Source: Patescibacteria group bacterium (lineage in GTDB: Bacteria > Patescibacteriota > Microgenomatia > UBA10105 > UBA927). From it: a stretch of 64,000 bases of DNA. Both the position numbers and the translations under genes were made by a program. The notes below the pieces were generated by a model. The model made no database searches, was not told where the DNA came from, and saw only the letters and a program-made list of their open reading frames with translations. The stretch lies in the NCBI GenBank assembly GCA_035510735.1, contig DATKGN010000013.1:128596-192595 (forward strand), in the 5' to 3' direction. Positions 1 through 8,451 of this stretch are shown here, piece after piece (position 1 is the first letter of the stretch; each line of letters begins with the position of its first letter).

Positions 1-618
1 GCAACCCCTGGCCCACGTCACCATTGATGGCTCGCAGGTATAGGTCACCATAGTGCCGTCCCACGCGTGGACCCGCGTCGTGCCGAGGCGCCCGCACTTT
101 TCACATACAACCTGAAGCGGCAACCAACCCTTATCGCGTTTTTTACTGCCGCTTACCCGTTGATAAATTTCCTGAATCTCAGATGCATGATCCAGCACCT
201 CACAAATAACGCCGTCAAACTTCCCAGCGTGATACATATCCCACGAATACCGGAACTCTGCCCGGACGCCGAGATCGAGTAAGACCTTTTGAAAATCACG
301 GGTGAAATAATCTGCGAAGCTTTTATATCCGTCAACCGGAGACGGAGCCATCCTGAGTGGAAACCCCAAATACGGACTGCTTTTTGCGACAAGTTCCGGT
401 GGCAACCCGTCAATCGGATCAAAATCATTAAATATGTAGGTAAATGTAGTTTTCTTGCCAGCGTCAATAAGCGACCGATAGACAATATCATGGACAAGCG
501 GCCCCCGGAGCGATCCGATGTGGGCAAATCCGGACGGCGTGAACATATCATCCACCCAATAGGGCGTATGTGCACCCGATTCAATAATCTCTTTTGCTAT
601 TTTATCTGACCAAAACAT
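1..618 (-). CDS. lysK: Lysyl-tRNA synthetase, class I (N-terminal part; the gene continues past the window start)
   Basis: Minus-strand translation from the ATG at 616-618 reads MFWSDKIAKEII...FTPSGFAHIGSLRG...CEKCGRLGTT, i.e. the class I aaRS HIGH-type motif and a zinc-binding CxxC, consistent with archaeal-type class I LysRS. It is missing from the ORF track because it runs off the window edge. Confidence 0.7.
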   Translation of the reverse strand, partial: MFWSDKIAKEIIESGAHTPYWVDDMFTPSGFAHIGSLRGPLVHDIVYRSLIDAGKKTTFTYIFNDFDPIDGLPPELVAKSSPYLGFPLRMAPSPVDGYKSFADYFTRDFQKVLLDLGVRAEFRYSWDMYHAGKFDGVICEVLDHASEIQEIYQRVSGSKKRDKGWLPLQVVCEKCGRLGTTRVHAWDGTMVTYTCEPSMVTWARGC

Positions 619-652
619 ATATAGTGTCTATTGTACCTCTATTTTCAGGTAC

Positions 653-675
653 AAAAAACCCCGCTTGTGGCGGGG
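653..675 (-). terminator. Rho-independent terminator downstream of greA, read on the minus strand
   Basis: CCCCGC-ttgtg-GCGGGG hairpin at 659-675; on the minus strand the preceding A-run becomes a T-run following the hairpin. Confidence 0.5.
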
Positions 676-696
676 TAATTTCTTTATAATCTTTTT

Positions 697-1161
697 TTAT
701 TCGATGTTGAGAATTTTATATTGCACTTTCCCCGCCGGCGCTTCTACCTCAACTTTTTCACCGACTTTTTTACCCATCAGGGCGCTCCCCAACGGCGAAG
801 AGTGGGAAATTTTCTTTTCTGTCGGATCTGCTTCCCATTCGCCAACCAGCATGAATATTTCCTTTTTTCCGTTGATGGTTAAGGTCACTTTGCAGCCGAC
901 ATCGACCTGGCTTTTCGTGTGGTTCGTGACGATTTTAGCGCCGTGGATGATCTCTTCAAGTTCGAGGATCCGTCCGTCAATAAACGCCAGATCCTGCTTT
1001 GCGGCCGCGTATTCGCTGTTTTCTGACAGATCTCCGAGCTCGCGGGCATCCGCGAGGCGCTTAACGCCCTCCGGGCGCTTCACGTTCAATAATGTCTCCA
1101 GCTCAGCCTTGAGGTCTGATAAACCGGTCTTGGTGAGCACTATTCGATTATTTGTATCCAT
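697..1161 (-). CDS. greA: Transcription elongation factor GreA
   Basis: 154 aa with an N-terminal coiled-coil and a C-terminal FKBP-like domain typical of GreA. Confidence 0.9.
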   Translation of the reverse strand: MDTNNRIVLTKTGLSDLKAELETLLNVKRPEGVKRLADARELGDLSENSEYAAAKQDLAFIDGRILELEEIIHGAKIVTNHTKSQVDVGCKVTLTINGKKEIFMLVGEWEADPTEKKISHSSPLGSALMGKKVGEKVEVEAPAGKVQYKILNIE

Positions 1162-1333
1162 ATTTTTAGGCTAAAAAAATCCTCCCCATCAAACCTGTAA
1201 AGTTCATTAGGGAGCAGATATTAGCTCAGTTCAGCTTATTAAGCGTAGCAAACCCGCCTTGCCATGTCAAGAGGATATTGGTACAATTGAAGCTAAATGG
1301 GGCGAAAGATCAAGCTTTTTGCCTCAGTTCCTA

Positions 1334-1407
1334 GCCCCCATCGTCTAGCGGCCTAGGACGACGCCTTCTCAAGGCGTAGATCTCCGGTTCGAATCCGGAT
1401 GGGGGTA
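1334..1407 (+). tRNA. tRNA-Glu (anticodon CTC), no encoded CCA
   Basis: Manual fold: acceptor GCCCCCA/TGGGGGT, D-stem GTCT/GGAC, anticodon stem ACGCC/GGCGT with loop TTCTCAA (U33, anticodon CUC), T-arm CCGGTTCGAATCCGG. This is the typical bacterial tRNA-Glu architecture. Confidence 0.85.
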
Positions 1408-1459
1408 CATATTAATCCTATAGTTTGACTTCCACACTGCCTCTTGCTATACTTTTCAA

Positions 1460-2080
1460 ATGACTTCCACTGAAAACAGAGTATATCCAGTATCGCCAGC
1501 ATATAGGAAAACGGCTTTAATTGAAGCCCGAATGTTACATGGTGCAATGGATGATAGGATTATTGATAAAACTCCTGCCGCTCTTCGTCATATAGTTGCC
1601 GAAAACGTATTACATTCTTTAGAATCAAAATATACGTGGCCAACAACAATACCAAAGGACATTCATTGGATGAATAATCGCTGGGTTAACTACCTTGCAG
1701 CTATGGATGATATTGAGGCTGTGAAAAAAGGGCAAACGACTAAATCGTATCTATCAATAGCTAACGGTTTAATTGAAACCGCAATCGACATTACTGACAG
1801 AGACGAAATGCTTTCACTAAGGGCGAGACGAATGGGAGTCCCAATTCAAAAGTTTTACCGAACGATAACAGATGCGGATTGGTGGCGATACAGAATAGTC
1901 TATTGTTTCAATAAATCTAAAGAGATGGGAAAGCCTATTCCGTTTCGTGAACGTTCACAGATGTGGGCCCGATATGAAGCGTCGTACGCGCGACTTCACT
2001 ATAGATATAAATCTGAGCCGAATGCTGATTCGTTTAATCGAGCCCGTCTCTTTCATGTACTCGCAAAATGGCTTGAGTAA
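1460..2080 (+). CDS. Hypothetical protein (206 aa), immediately downstream of tRNA-Glu
   Basis: Long ORF with no recognisable motif. G+C looks lower than neighbouring housekeeping genes by eye. Lies between 10-bp direct repeats GGGGTACATA at 1402-1411 and 2174-2183. Confidence 0.5.
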   Translation: MTSTENRVYPVSPAYRKTALIEARMLHGAMDDRIIDKTPAALRHIVAENVLHSLESKYTWPTTIPKDIHWMNNRWVNYLAAMDDIEAVKKGQTTKSYLSIANGLIETAIDITDRDEMLSLRARRMGVPIQKFYRTITDADWWRYRIVYCFNKSKEMGKPIPFRERSQMWARYEASYARLHYRYKSEPNADSFNRARLFHVLAKWLE

Positions 2081-2207
2081 CTACAGAAACTCAAATTACG
2101 CGACTTCGAACTAAAATTCGGGTAAAAATAGCCTCATAACCGTTGACCATCTGTTCGTACTCGGCTAGTATCGGGGTACATAAACGGTTGAGGGTGTTCG
2201 CGGAGTA

Positions 2208-3224
2208 TTATTTAAAATCTCTTATTATAGCTTTATAGTTGGCAAACCGGCGTAATTGATCCAAGAACAATGAAATGCCTCCTTGTTTTACCCCTGTTTG
2301 AAAAAGTTGCAGCATCTCGCGTGTATCCAAAAATTCTTCCTCTGATACCGTAACATTGGAACCAGTATCTGGTTCCACATCGGTATAGTAAAAGGCTTTT
2401 TCTATTTTCGTATCGCTTCCGAACGTGATAGTACCTGCATGATCTGCCACAAGCAAAACGCCAATGTCAACTTTTTGCAACTCTACCGCTCCGTCTCCCG
2501 GAGTGATAAATAGCACATCAATACGTGATCTTCCATCGTTATACATGTTTGCATTGGCTTGTAATGAAGAAGTGATGACCAAACCTAAATCAAATGGATC
2601 TTTTATAATAATTTGTTTGCTCACAAGATGATGAATGAACGCGTGAGGCGCGACATCTATATGCTCCGCCATACCTACGAACCCTATTTTATTATGACCA
2701 TCTATTGCCCCTGTGCGGCCCACGACTCGATCTTGCGTGTTCCCATATCCTATATGAACGCCATTTCTACCGTATACCGGAAATGTATAATTTGATTCGG
2801 CTATGACGTCGGATTGGTTTACGTTCTCCGGTTGAACTCCTTGCTCAGTTGCACGTTGTTCCAATATCTCCAAGTGCGGAAGATGTGTTGCGCAATGTTC
2901 ACAGGTTGTCGGCGACAAAACGTGCATAATATCTGGCAATGGAGGCGTATGATCCGGCTTTTCCGCATCAAGCAATTTTTGAATATTGGTGTCGACAAGA
3001 GATGTGGGCGCGCTGCATGTTGGACATTTAGTCGGTAATTTCACAATTTCTTTAAATCCAATCAATCTGAACTGTGCGTCATTAGGAATTAATGCCAATA
3101 ACGCATTTAATTGGATTTCACTACACCTGACATCGCCTGATGAATAAAAAAGGTTTCGAAGTGTATCTGTAACTTGTGTAGCTGAATACGTTGCTGCCTG
3201 GTATGGCTGTTCTAGAGTAGGCAT
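2208..3224 (-). CDS. Hypothetical protein with a central C4 zinc ribbon (CPTC...CEHC) and a His/Asp-rich C-terminal domain of unknown function
   Basis: 338-aa ORF with two CxxC pairs about 30 residues apart. The C-terminal roughly 200 aa contain GHNKIG, AEHID and HHL motifs suggestive of a metal-dependent hydrolase-like fold, but the family is not recognised. Confidence 0.5.
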   Translation of the reverse strand: MPTLEQPYQAATYSATQVTDTLRNLFYSSGDVRCSEIQLNALLALIPNDAQFRLIGFKEIVKLPTKCPTCSAPTSLVDTNIQKLLDAEKPDHTPPLPDIMHVLSPTTCEHCATHLPHLEILEQRATEQGVQPENVNQSDVIAESNYTFPVYGRNGVHIGYGNTQDRVVGRTGAIDGHNKIGFVGMAEHIDVAPHAFIHHLVSKQIIIKDPFDLGLVITSSLQANANMYNDGRSRIDVLFITPGDGAVELQKVDIGVLLVADHAGTITFGSDTKIEKAFYYTDVEPDTGSNVTVSEEEFLDTREMLQLFQTGVKQGGISLFLDQLRRFANYKAIIRDFK

Positions 3225-3347
3225 GGCACATAGTGTATCACCTGGAACCTATAGTAGCAAGTCGTGTCAAATTCAAACTGTAACCTGATTAAGTTTATAC
3301 GTTTGAAGCTAAAATCGCCCAAATTTGGTCCCAACAGGTGTCACGAA

Positions 3348-3704
3348 TTATTGAAGCATATCGACTTTGAGCGCTTTCGCTGCCCTATACCACCCGCCAT
3401 TGAGTTCAAAAATTTGATATTCAATGGTTAAACGTACTTTTTTACCAACTTTTGTATTACACAACACCGTTGTGGTGCCGTGTTTATTCGCCAGTTCTTC
3501 AGCCAATTCTTTTTTATACGCTTCCTGATCGACACTCTTATCGAGAGTATCGAATGTATGCAATTTTGTAAATTCCGAAGAGGTATATCCGGCAATCTGA
3601 AGCACTTTTTCACTCGCCCACACAAAACTCTTATCGTACAAATCGATAACAAAATCTACAGTTTCAAGATATTTCCTAGCCTCAACCACCACAGGATTAT
3701 CCAT
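3348..3704 (-). CDS. Stand-alone PAS domain protein
   Basis: 118 aa with a PAS-like pattern (FVWASEKVLQIAGYTSSEF...), single domain. Confidence 0.55.
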   Translation of the reverse strand: MDNPVVVEARKYLETVDFVIDLYDKSFVWASEKVLQIAGYTSSEFTKLHTFDTLDKSVDQEAYKKELAEELANKHGTTTVLCNTKVGKKVRLTIEYQIFELNGGWYRAAKALKVDMLQ

Positions 3705-3868
3705 ATATTATCCCACCTATGGTGTACACCCTTCGATCAAATAATTCACCCGCTTCCGGCGGTATCGCTTTATGAACGATGGATCAATATGTACTAAAAT
3801 AGCCTCAAACCGGATAATTATCCTCTAAACATGCTATACTGCATAGACTGAAAGGAGACAAACAAACT

Positions 3869-4069
3869 ATGAACGGTACAATTAAGACGAAAACAGATAG
3901 AGGATTTGGTTTTATAGCTCGCGATGGCGAGACGAAAGACCTATTCTTTCATTCTAAAGATTTAGTAGGCGTCACATTTGACGAACTACAAGTCGGTGAA
4001 AAAGTAACATTTGAAGTCGTAGATGGTCCGAAAGGCCCAAGTGCGAAAAATGTAAAACGAGCTGTCTAA
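3869..4069 (+). CDS. cspA: Cold-shock protein (CspA family)
   Basis: 66 aa reading MNGTIKTKTDRGFGFIARDGETKDLFFH with RNP1/RNP2 motifs; preceded by an AGGAGA RBS. Confidence 0.9.
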   Translation: MNGTIKTKTDRGFGFIARDGETKDLFFHSKDLVGVTFDELQVGEKVTFEVVDGPKGPSAKNVKRAV

Positions 4070-4095
4070 GCTCTTTTTTAACTTTAACCACAAGA

Positions 4096-4125
4096 AAAAG
4101 CTCCGCCTATAAGCGGGGCTTTTTC
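4096..4125. terminator. Rho-independent terminator after csp, possibly bidirectional with the convergent gene ending at 4149
   Basis: AAAAAGCTCCGCC-tataa-GCGGGGCTTTTT hairpin with a flanking A-run and T-run. Confidence 0.55.
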
Positions 4126-4148
4126 GTACACACCGTCCAAGATAGTCA

Positions 4149-5009
4149 CTACCCTTTCCAATTATCCAGAACAAACCGGACACTCCGGCTAACATCTACC
4201 GCGTTACCCACTTCAATCGTATAGATTGTTCCTGGGTTACTACGGGAACTTTGCCGTATAAGATCCGCCAATTCGCGGGCATATTTCCCATCCCCGGGCG
4301 CAAGTTTTTCTATTTTCCCGTCGGGATTATAGTCGCCGACTTGTATAACCTTCGGCTGCAATACTTCAAACGCTTCACCGAGACTAAATTGCCCGTTCCG
4401 CAAAACCGTATCGGTGGGCAATATGGAAACCAAGTTCTTATATCCTTTTTTATGCCACACATCAATAAATTCATGAATCGCATGGATATTCCAAGATAAA
4501 ATCTCCGGTCTGTTATCAGCCGGTCCCCAGCCTAATTTTCGACCATAGAGAACGTCGGTCAAAAGCCATTGTTCAAGTTGTCCGTGCTCTTGAAGAAGTC
4601 TCGTCGGTTCTTCGTGCATCGCCAGGTAACTTGCCCCCAGGCCGACAGCAAGTTGCAAGTGAGTACGAAACATACGGGTCCAGAGTGGCTCGGATTGAGC
4701 CCCAATACCCCCAATAATCTTGAGAACTTCCAAAAACACACGCGGATTTGTACGAAAATCCCGTAGGTCTTTCGCAAAGTCTTTGTACGTTGCGGTAGTA
4801 ACCCCGGCGACAGCCACATCGACATCGGTTTCTTGTTTTCGCGCTAACAGGTACTTCTCAGAGTGAAAACGAAGAGGAACAATTTCAACGCCAATACTCG
4901 CCAAACCAAACTTTTCTCTTATATCGTAGGCTGCGTTCATCGCACGGTCAGGCAAAAGGTATGGAATTTGGCTGATATATATGTTTGGCTGTTCCGGTGT
5001 TGCAGACAT
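4149..5009 (-). CDS. Sugar phosphate isomerase/epimerase-like TIM-barrel protein (xylose isomerase-like fold)
   Basis: Pattern VGDYNPDGK...APGDGKY resembles the metal-binding motifs of AP endonuclease 2/xylose-isomerase-like TIM barrels. The start is taken at MSATPEQ so it does not overlap the GNAT gene. Confidence 0.4.
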   Translation of the reverse strand: MSATPEQPNIYISQIPYLLPDRAMNAAYDIREKFGLASIGVEIVPLRFHSEKYLLARKQETDVDVAVAGVTTATYKDFAKDLRDFRTNPRVFLEVLKIIGGIGAQSEPLWTRMFRTHLQLAVGLGASYLAMHEEPTRLLQEHGQLEQWLLTDVLYGRKLGWGPADNRPEILSWNIHAIHEFIDVWHKKGYKNLVSILPTDTVLRNGQFSLGEAFEVLQPKVIQVGDYNPDGKIEKLAPGDGKYARELADLIRQSSRSNPGTIYTIEVGNAVDVSRSVRFVLDNWKG

Positions 5010-5022
5010 TAGGCTTATAGTA

Positions 5023-5511
5023 CTATTTCTGAAGTAAAAATTCAAGTTCTATCTCATCGCGGATCGGAATGCCGTCGTTGCCGAATCTAGGGATGGGTTT
5101 AATTTTTCTCTGTTCATCGATGGCACCTGTCCGCACCGCGGTGATGACAAATCCCCGCTTCTGGTAAAACCGGAGAGCCATGGTGTTATCATTCGTCGTC
5201 ATGAGCCACAGTCTGCTGCACCCATCCTTTTTCGCCGCTACTTTTACGTGTTCAATGAGCGCCGTCCCCAGTCCCTGTTTTTCGTGGGCTGCATACAATG
5301 CCACGATTTCGCACACGCTCCCCTCTTTTGCGTACATAATAAATCCAACCGGCTTGCCATCATGCACACCCACAAAATTCGGAAGCCTCAATATATTATA
5401 TGTATGTTCCTTACTGATAATATCGATCGACCCCCACAACTTCACGGCCACATCCCTGATCCAGGCATTGTCGCTGGTTATTTTCTGTCTGAACTCAAAC
5501 GAAGACTCCAT
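5023..5511 (-). CDS. GNAT family N-acetyltransferase
   Basis: Acetyl-CoA-binding motif QGLGTALIEHV...RFYQKRGF. Confidence 0.8.
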   Translation of the reverse strand: MESSFEFRQKITSDNAWIRDVAVKLWGSIDIISKEHTYNILRLPNFVGVHDGKPVGFIMYAKEGSVCEIVALYAAHEKQGLGTALIEHVKVAAKKDGCSRLWLMTTNDNTMALRFYQKRGFVITAVRTGAIDEQRKIKPIPRFGNDGIPIRDEIELEFLLQK

Positions 5512-5574
5512 GAGGTCATTATATAAGAAACACTCCTATTTGGGTTAATCAATTAATACGCATTCCTTGACACT

Positions 5575-7467
5575 ATGAGCCGCACACTGTATAACACACA
5601 AGCGTCCTATATTATGCCTGATCCCACCAAAACGCCTCCTCTACTCCTAGCTGATCTTCTCGCACAAATAAACGATCTGAGGCTGGATAAACCCGACTCA
5701 GAACGGAACTGGCACGATTGGCTCACAAGCCTTCACAGAACGGATCTGGAAGCGCACCTAACTCCAAAAACCCCCATGAGTTATTCCTCCGCCGAATATA
5801 TGTTGCCTGGGCTCGCAGCGGAAGGCGGCCTGGGAGCGCTATCACGGGATCATTATTTGCAGGCTGTCCTTTTGGGAATCCCTGCCCATTTTTTCGGGTT
5901 ACTGTATAAAGAACAAAAAATCCAAACAATTGAAACCGACGACAGCGGCAATTACTGGCAAAAAATACATATGGAGAATTTGCCCACTCCTGAAGAATTA
6001 CACTTCAAACGCATAAACTCACTGCACGTCGCGATGAACGGAGAATACGGATTAGATACGATTCCCGTGTATCTCCACTCACTCAGTACCACAAAAACGC
6101 CGCTGTATCTCCTTCAGGTTGAGGGCGGCGTCTACCCCAAGGATAATAACAGCAATGATCGGTTATGGAATAATGTCGTTTTAGGATTCGGCCAGCACCA
6201 GATCAATACACAACTCAAAGAACGTAAGGTTATCGACGACATCGCATTTTTCCATACCAACGAATCCGCTATGGTGATTAGTGTTCTTGCCGCTCTTGAC
6301 GATGCAACACTACAAAATGGCGACACGCTAGAAGTATATGATCAGGCTCTTGCGGCAATTCGAGTAAAAGATATACTCACCAACCACACACTCGTCCCAG
6401 CCGCGGAGGCAACATTTTCACGGGACCAGTGCGAGACATTTATTTTGAGCAACCTCAAAAGCCGGCAGATGAAAAAACAACTCACGAAATTTATCGCACA
6501 TCACGACGGACAACTCAAATTGCTGGACCTTGCCCTCTATCTTGCCGGTACAAAGAACGGCGTAAGCGAAGATCATTCACGGATAGCAGCGAGGGTATTT
6601 CATCTTGATTTCCATGCCGTAACGAACGGCATTTATGAAGAAAGCTGGGCCGCCGATATTGTCGACATTTTGAGTCACTATAAAATCATTGACCGTTTCG
6701 GCCTTCCTACTGCCGACTGGGTTAAGCATGTCGAAGAGATACCTACTGAAATTCTTATGAAATCAAAACGCACAAAGGTCGAAGCGTTCCGGCAGTTTCT
6801 TCTGTCGGGAGGGAGACGTGACCAATTCGGAAATATCGTTGTACTTCCCGAAAACCCGCTCATTATCGGCGACGCCCGGCGGTTTGCCGGATATAAGCGA
6901 CGGACGATTGCATTCTCATATTTCGATGTCTTTCAGGATATATTGGAACATTATCCCAATGCACACATATTTATTTCCGGAAAAGCCCACCGCCACGACC
7001 AGCTGCCGATTGCGGATCTCTCCCACATACTCAAAAGTATTGCACATAATGATATCTTCCGGGCTCAGATTCATTTTCTCCCCAACTGGGAGCCGAAATT
7101 CGCCAAAATGCTTATTGGTGCAAGTCATGTGTGGGTTAATAACCCGAGGGTCGGATTTGAAGCATGCGGTACATCAGGGATGAAGGCCGGTTTAAACCTC
7201 GCGCTCCTGGTTTCTACAAAAGACGGTTTTCTGGCAGAAGTTCCCCAGAACGCATTTTATGCAATCAAAGGCGAGTCAGATTCAGCCGAAGAGCTCGCGA
7301 GTTATTATGCCAAACTCACGCAGGCAATCGCCGATGTGCATAGTCCCGAAGCTTGGGCCACAAACGTAAAACGTCTGTGGAAAAGTAATTTCCTCCATAT
7401 CACAAGCGGCGCCCGTATGCTCGCCCAATACCTTAACATGGCGCTACCACAGGAAGAAAATGTTTAA
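5575..7467 (+). CDS. glgP: Alpha-glucan (glycogen/maltodextrin) phosphorylase, GT35, short form
   Basis: N-terminal LPGLAAEGGLGALSRD (the GNGGLGRLA-type motif) and C-terminal EACGTSGMKAGLNLAL (the pyridoxal-phosphate lysine motif EASGTSGMK) of GT35 phosphorylases. Confidence 0.85.
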   Translation: MSRTLYNTQASYIMPDPTKTPPLLLADLLAQINDLRLDKPDSERNWHDWLTSLHRTDLEAHLTPKTPMSYSSAEYMLPGLAAEGGLGALSRDHYLQAVLLGIPAHFFGLLYKEQKIQTIETDDSGNYWQKIHMENLPTPEELHFKRINSLHVAMNGEYGLDTIPVYLHSLSTTKTPLYLLQVEGGVYPKDNNSNDRLWNNVVLGFGQHQINTQLKERKVIDDIAFFHTNESAMVISVLAALDDATLQNGDTLEVYDQALAAIRVKDILTNHTLVPAAEATFSRDQCETFILSNLKSRQMKKQLTKFIAHHDGQLKLLDLALYLAGTKNGVSEDHSRIAARVFHLDFHAVTNGIYEESWAADIVDILSHYKIIDRFGLPTADWVKHVEEIPTEILMKSKRTKVEAFRQFLLSGGRRDQFGNIVVLPENPLIIGDARRFAGYKRRTIAFSYFDVFQDILEHYPNAHIFISGKAHRHDQLPIADLSHILKSIAHNDIFRAQIHFLPNWEPKFAKMLIGASHVWVNNPRVGFEACGTSGMKAGLNLALLVSTKDGFLAEVPQNAFYAIKGESDSAEELASYYAKLTQAIADVHSPEAWATNVKRLWKSNFLHITSGARMLAQYLNMALPQEENV

Positions 7468-7476
7468 GATACTTCA

Positions 7477-7508
7477 GAAATGCTTCACTCGGGCATTTCA
7501 CTTTTTTT
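7477..7508 (+). terminator. Rho-independent terminator after glgP
   Basis: GAAATGC-ttcactcgg-GCATTTC hairpin followed by ACTTTTTTT. Confidence 0.6.
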
Positions 7509-7560
7509 GATTCAATAAATACGTTCCAATCTCGTCCGACAGGCGTATGTAAAGAATGTA

Positions 7561-8061
7561 TTGAGATGCTATAATTCCTCTTGTATGAAAACCGGTATTA
7601 CGATTCGACGTGCCATGATTGATGATTTAGCCTCGATTTGTGCATTAAGTCAATTGTTGTTTGAACATGATGGCCAGTTTACCGAGGAATTTAATATGTC
7701 ATGGTCCCGCAGCAAAGAGGGACAAGAGTTCTTCACAAAACAGCTAAAAAGCAGAAAATCATTCATCCTGCTCGCGCAGGATGGAAATAAATCTGTGGGA
7801 TATACCCATGTTACATTAGATAAGTTTGCCTGGCGCGCATTCAATCCGATCGCTGAAGTGGTAAATTTGAGTATCGCTCCCGAATATCGGGGACAAGGTA
7901 TCGGAACCGCGCTGTTTCATGAGGCAAAAACGTTAGCCAAAAAACGGGGAGCCAAACGGATGAGTGTGTCCGCTGTATCAGCTGATATCAGAGCTCTCAA
8001 CTTCTATAAACGGCACGGGTTTAAGGATTTCAGCGTTGGCATGGTTGTACCGCTTGATTGA
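7561..8061 (+). CDS. GNAT family N-acetyltransferase
   Basis: Motif RGQGIGTALFHEAKTLAKKRGAKRM...NFYKRHGF. Confidence 0.8.
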   Translation: MRCYNSSCMKTGITIRRAMIDDLASICALSQLLFEHDGQFTEEFNMSWSRSKEGQEFFTKQLKSRKSFILLAQDGNKSVGYTHVTLDKFAWRAFNPIAEVVNLSIAPEYRGQGIGTALFHEAKTLAKKRGAKRMSVSAVSADIRALNFYKRHGFKDFSVGMVVPLD

Positions 8062-8082
8062 ATTGAATTTGCGAAAAATGCG

Positions 8083-8376
8083 TTACGACCAGGTTGATTT
8101 AGCAGAGTGATAGAGATTGTTCCCCCAGGTGAGCATACCCTGCGCCCACGCCTTATGATCGATAACACCGTTCCGATATTCTTCTTCCAGTTTGTCATAG
8201 GAATCGCAGAATTGTTTAAAACTTGGCTTAAATGTTGGGGTGGGCGGAAACGTTAAAAGGGCGTTTAAGTTTTTGCGGGTGAGTTTAAGGAAAAGTTCGA
8301 TTCTCCCCTTTTCTTTGGTGAAACTGACGAGCGACCAATTACCAATCTGCGTCAGATTTTCTGCAGTATCAAGCAC
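8083..8376 (-). CDS. Hypothetical small protein (97 aa)
   Basis: ORF only; no recognisable motif. Confidence 0.3.
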   Translation of the reverse strand: MLDTAENLTQIGNWSLVSFTKEKGRIELFLKLTRKNLNALLTFPPTPTFKPSFKQFCDSYDKLEEEYRNGVIDHKAWAQGMLTWGNNLYHSAKSTWS

Positions 8377-8451
8377 TAAATCACGCTGGTTTTGAACTGA
8401 ATAATTACTGAGTGTTGAATGGTGAATTATATAGGGGTATTATACTCGTTT

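Noticed and set aside
665-1174. 169-aa plus-strand ORF
   Set aside because: It lies entirely antisense to the well-supported greA gene and has low-complexity, frame-artefact composition.
5180-5548. 122-aa and 92-aa plus-strand ORFs
   Set aside because: They are antisense to the GNAT acetyltransferase gene and lack motifs.
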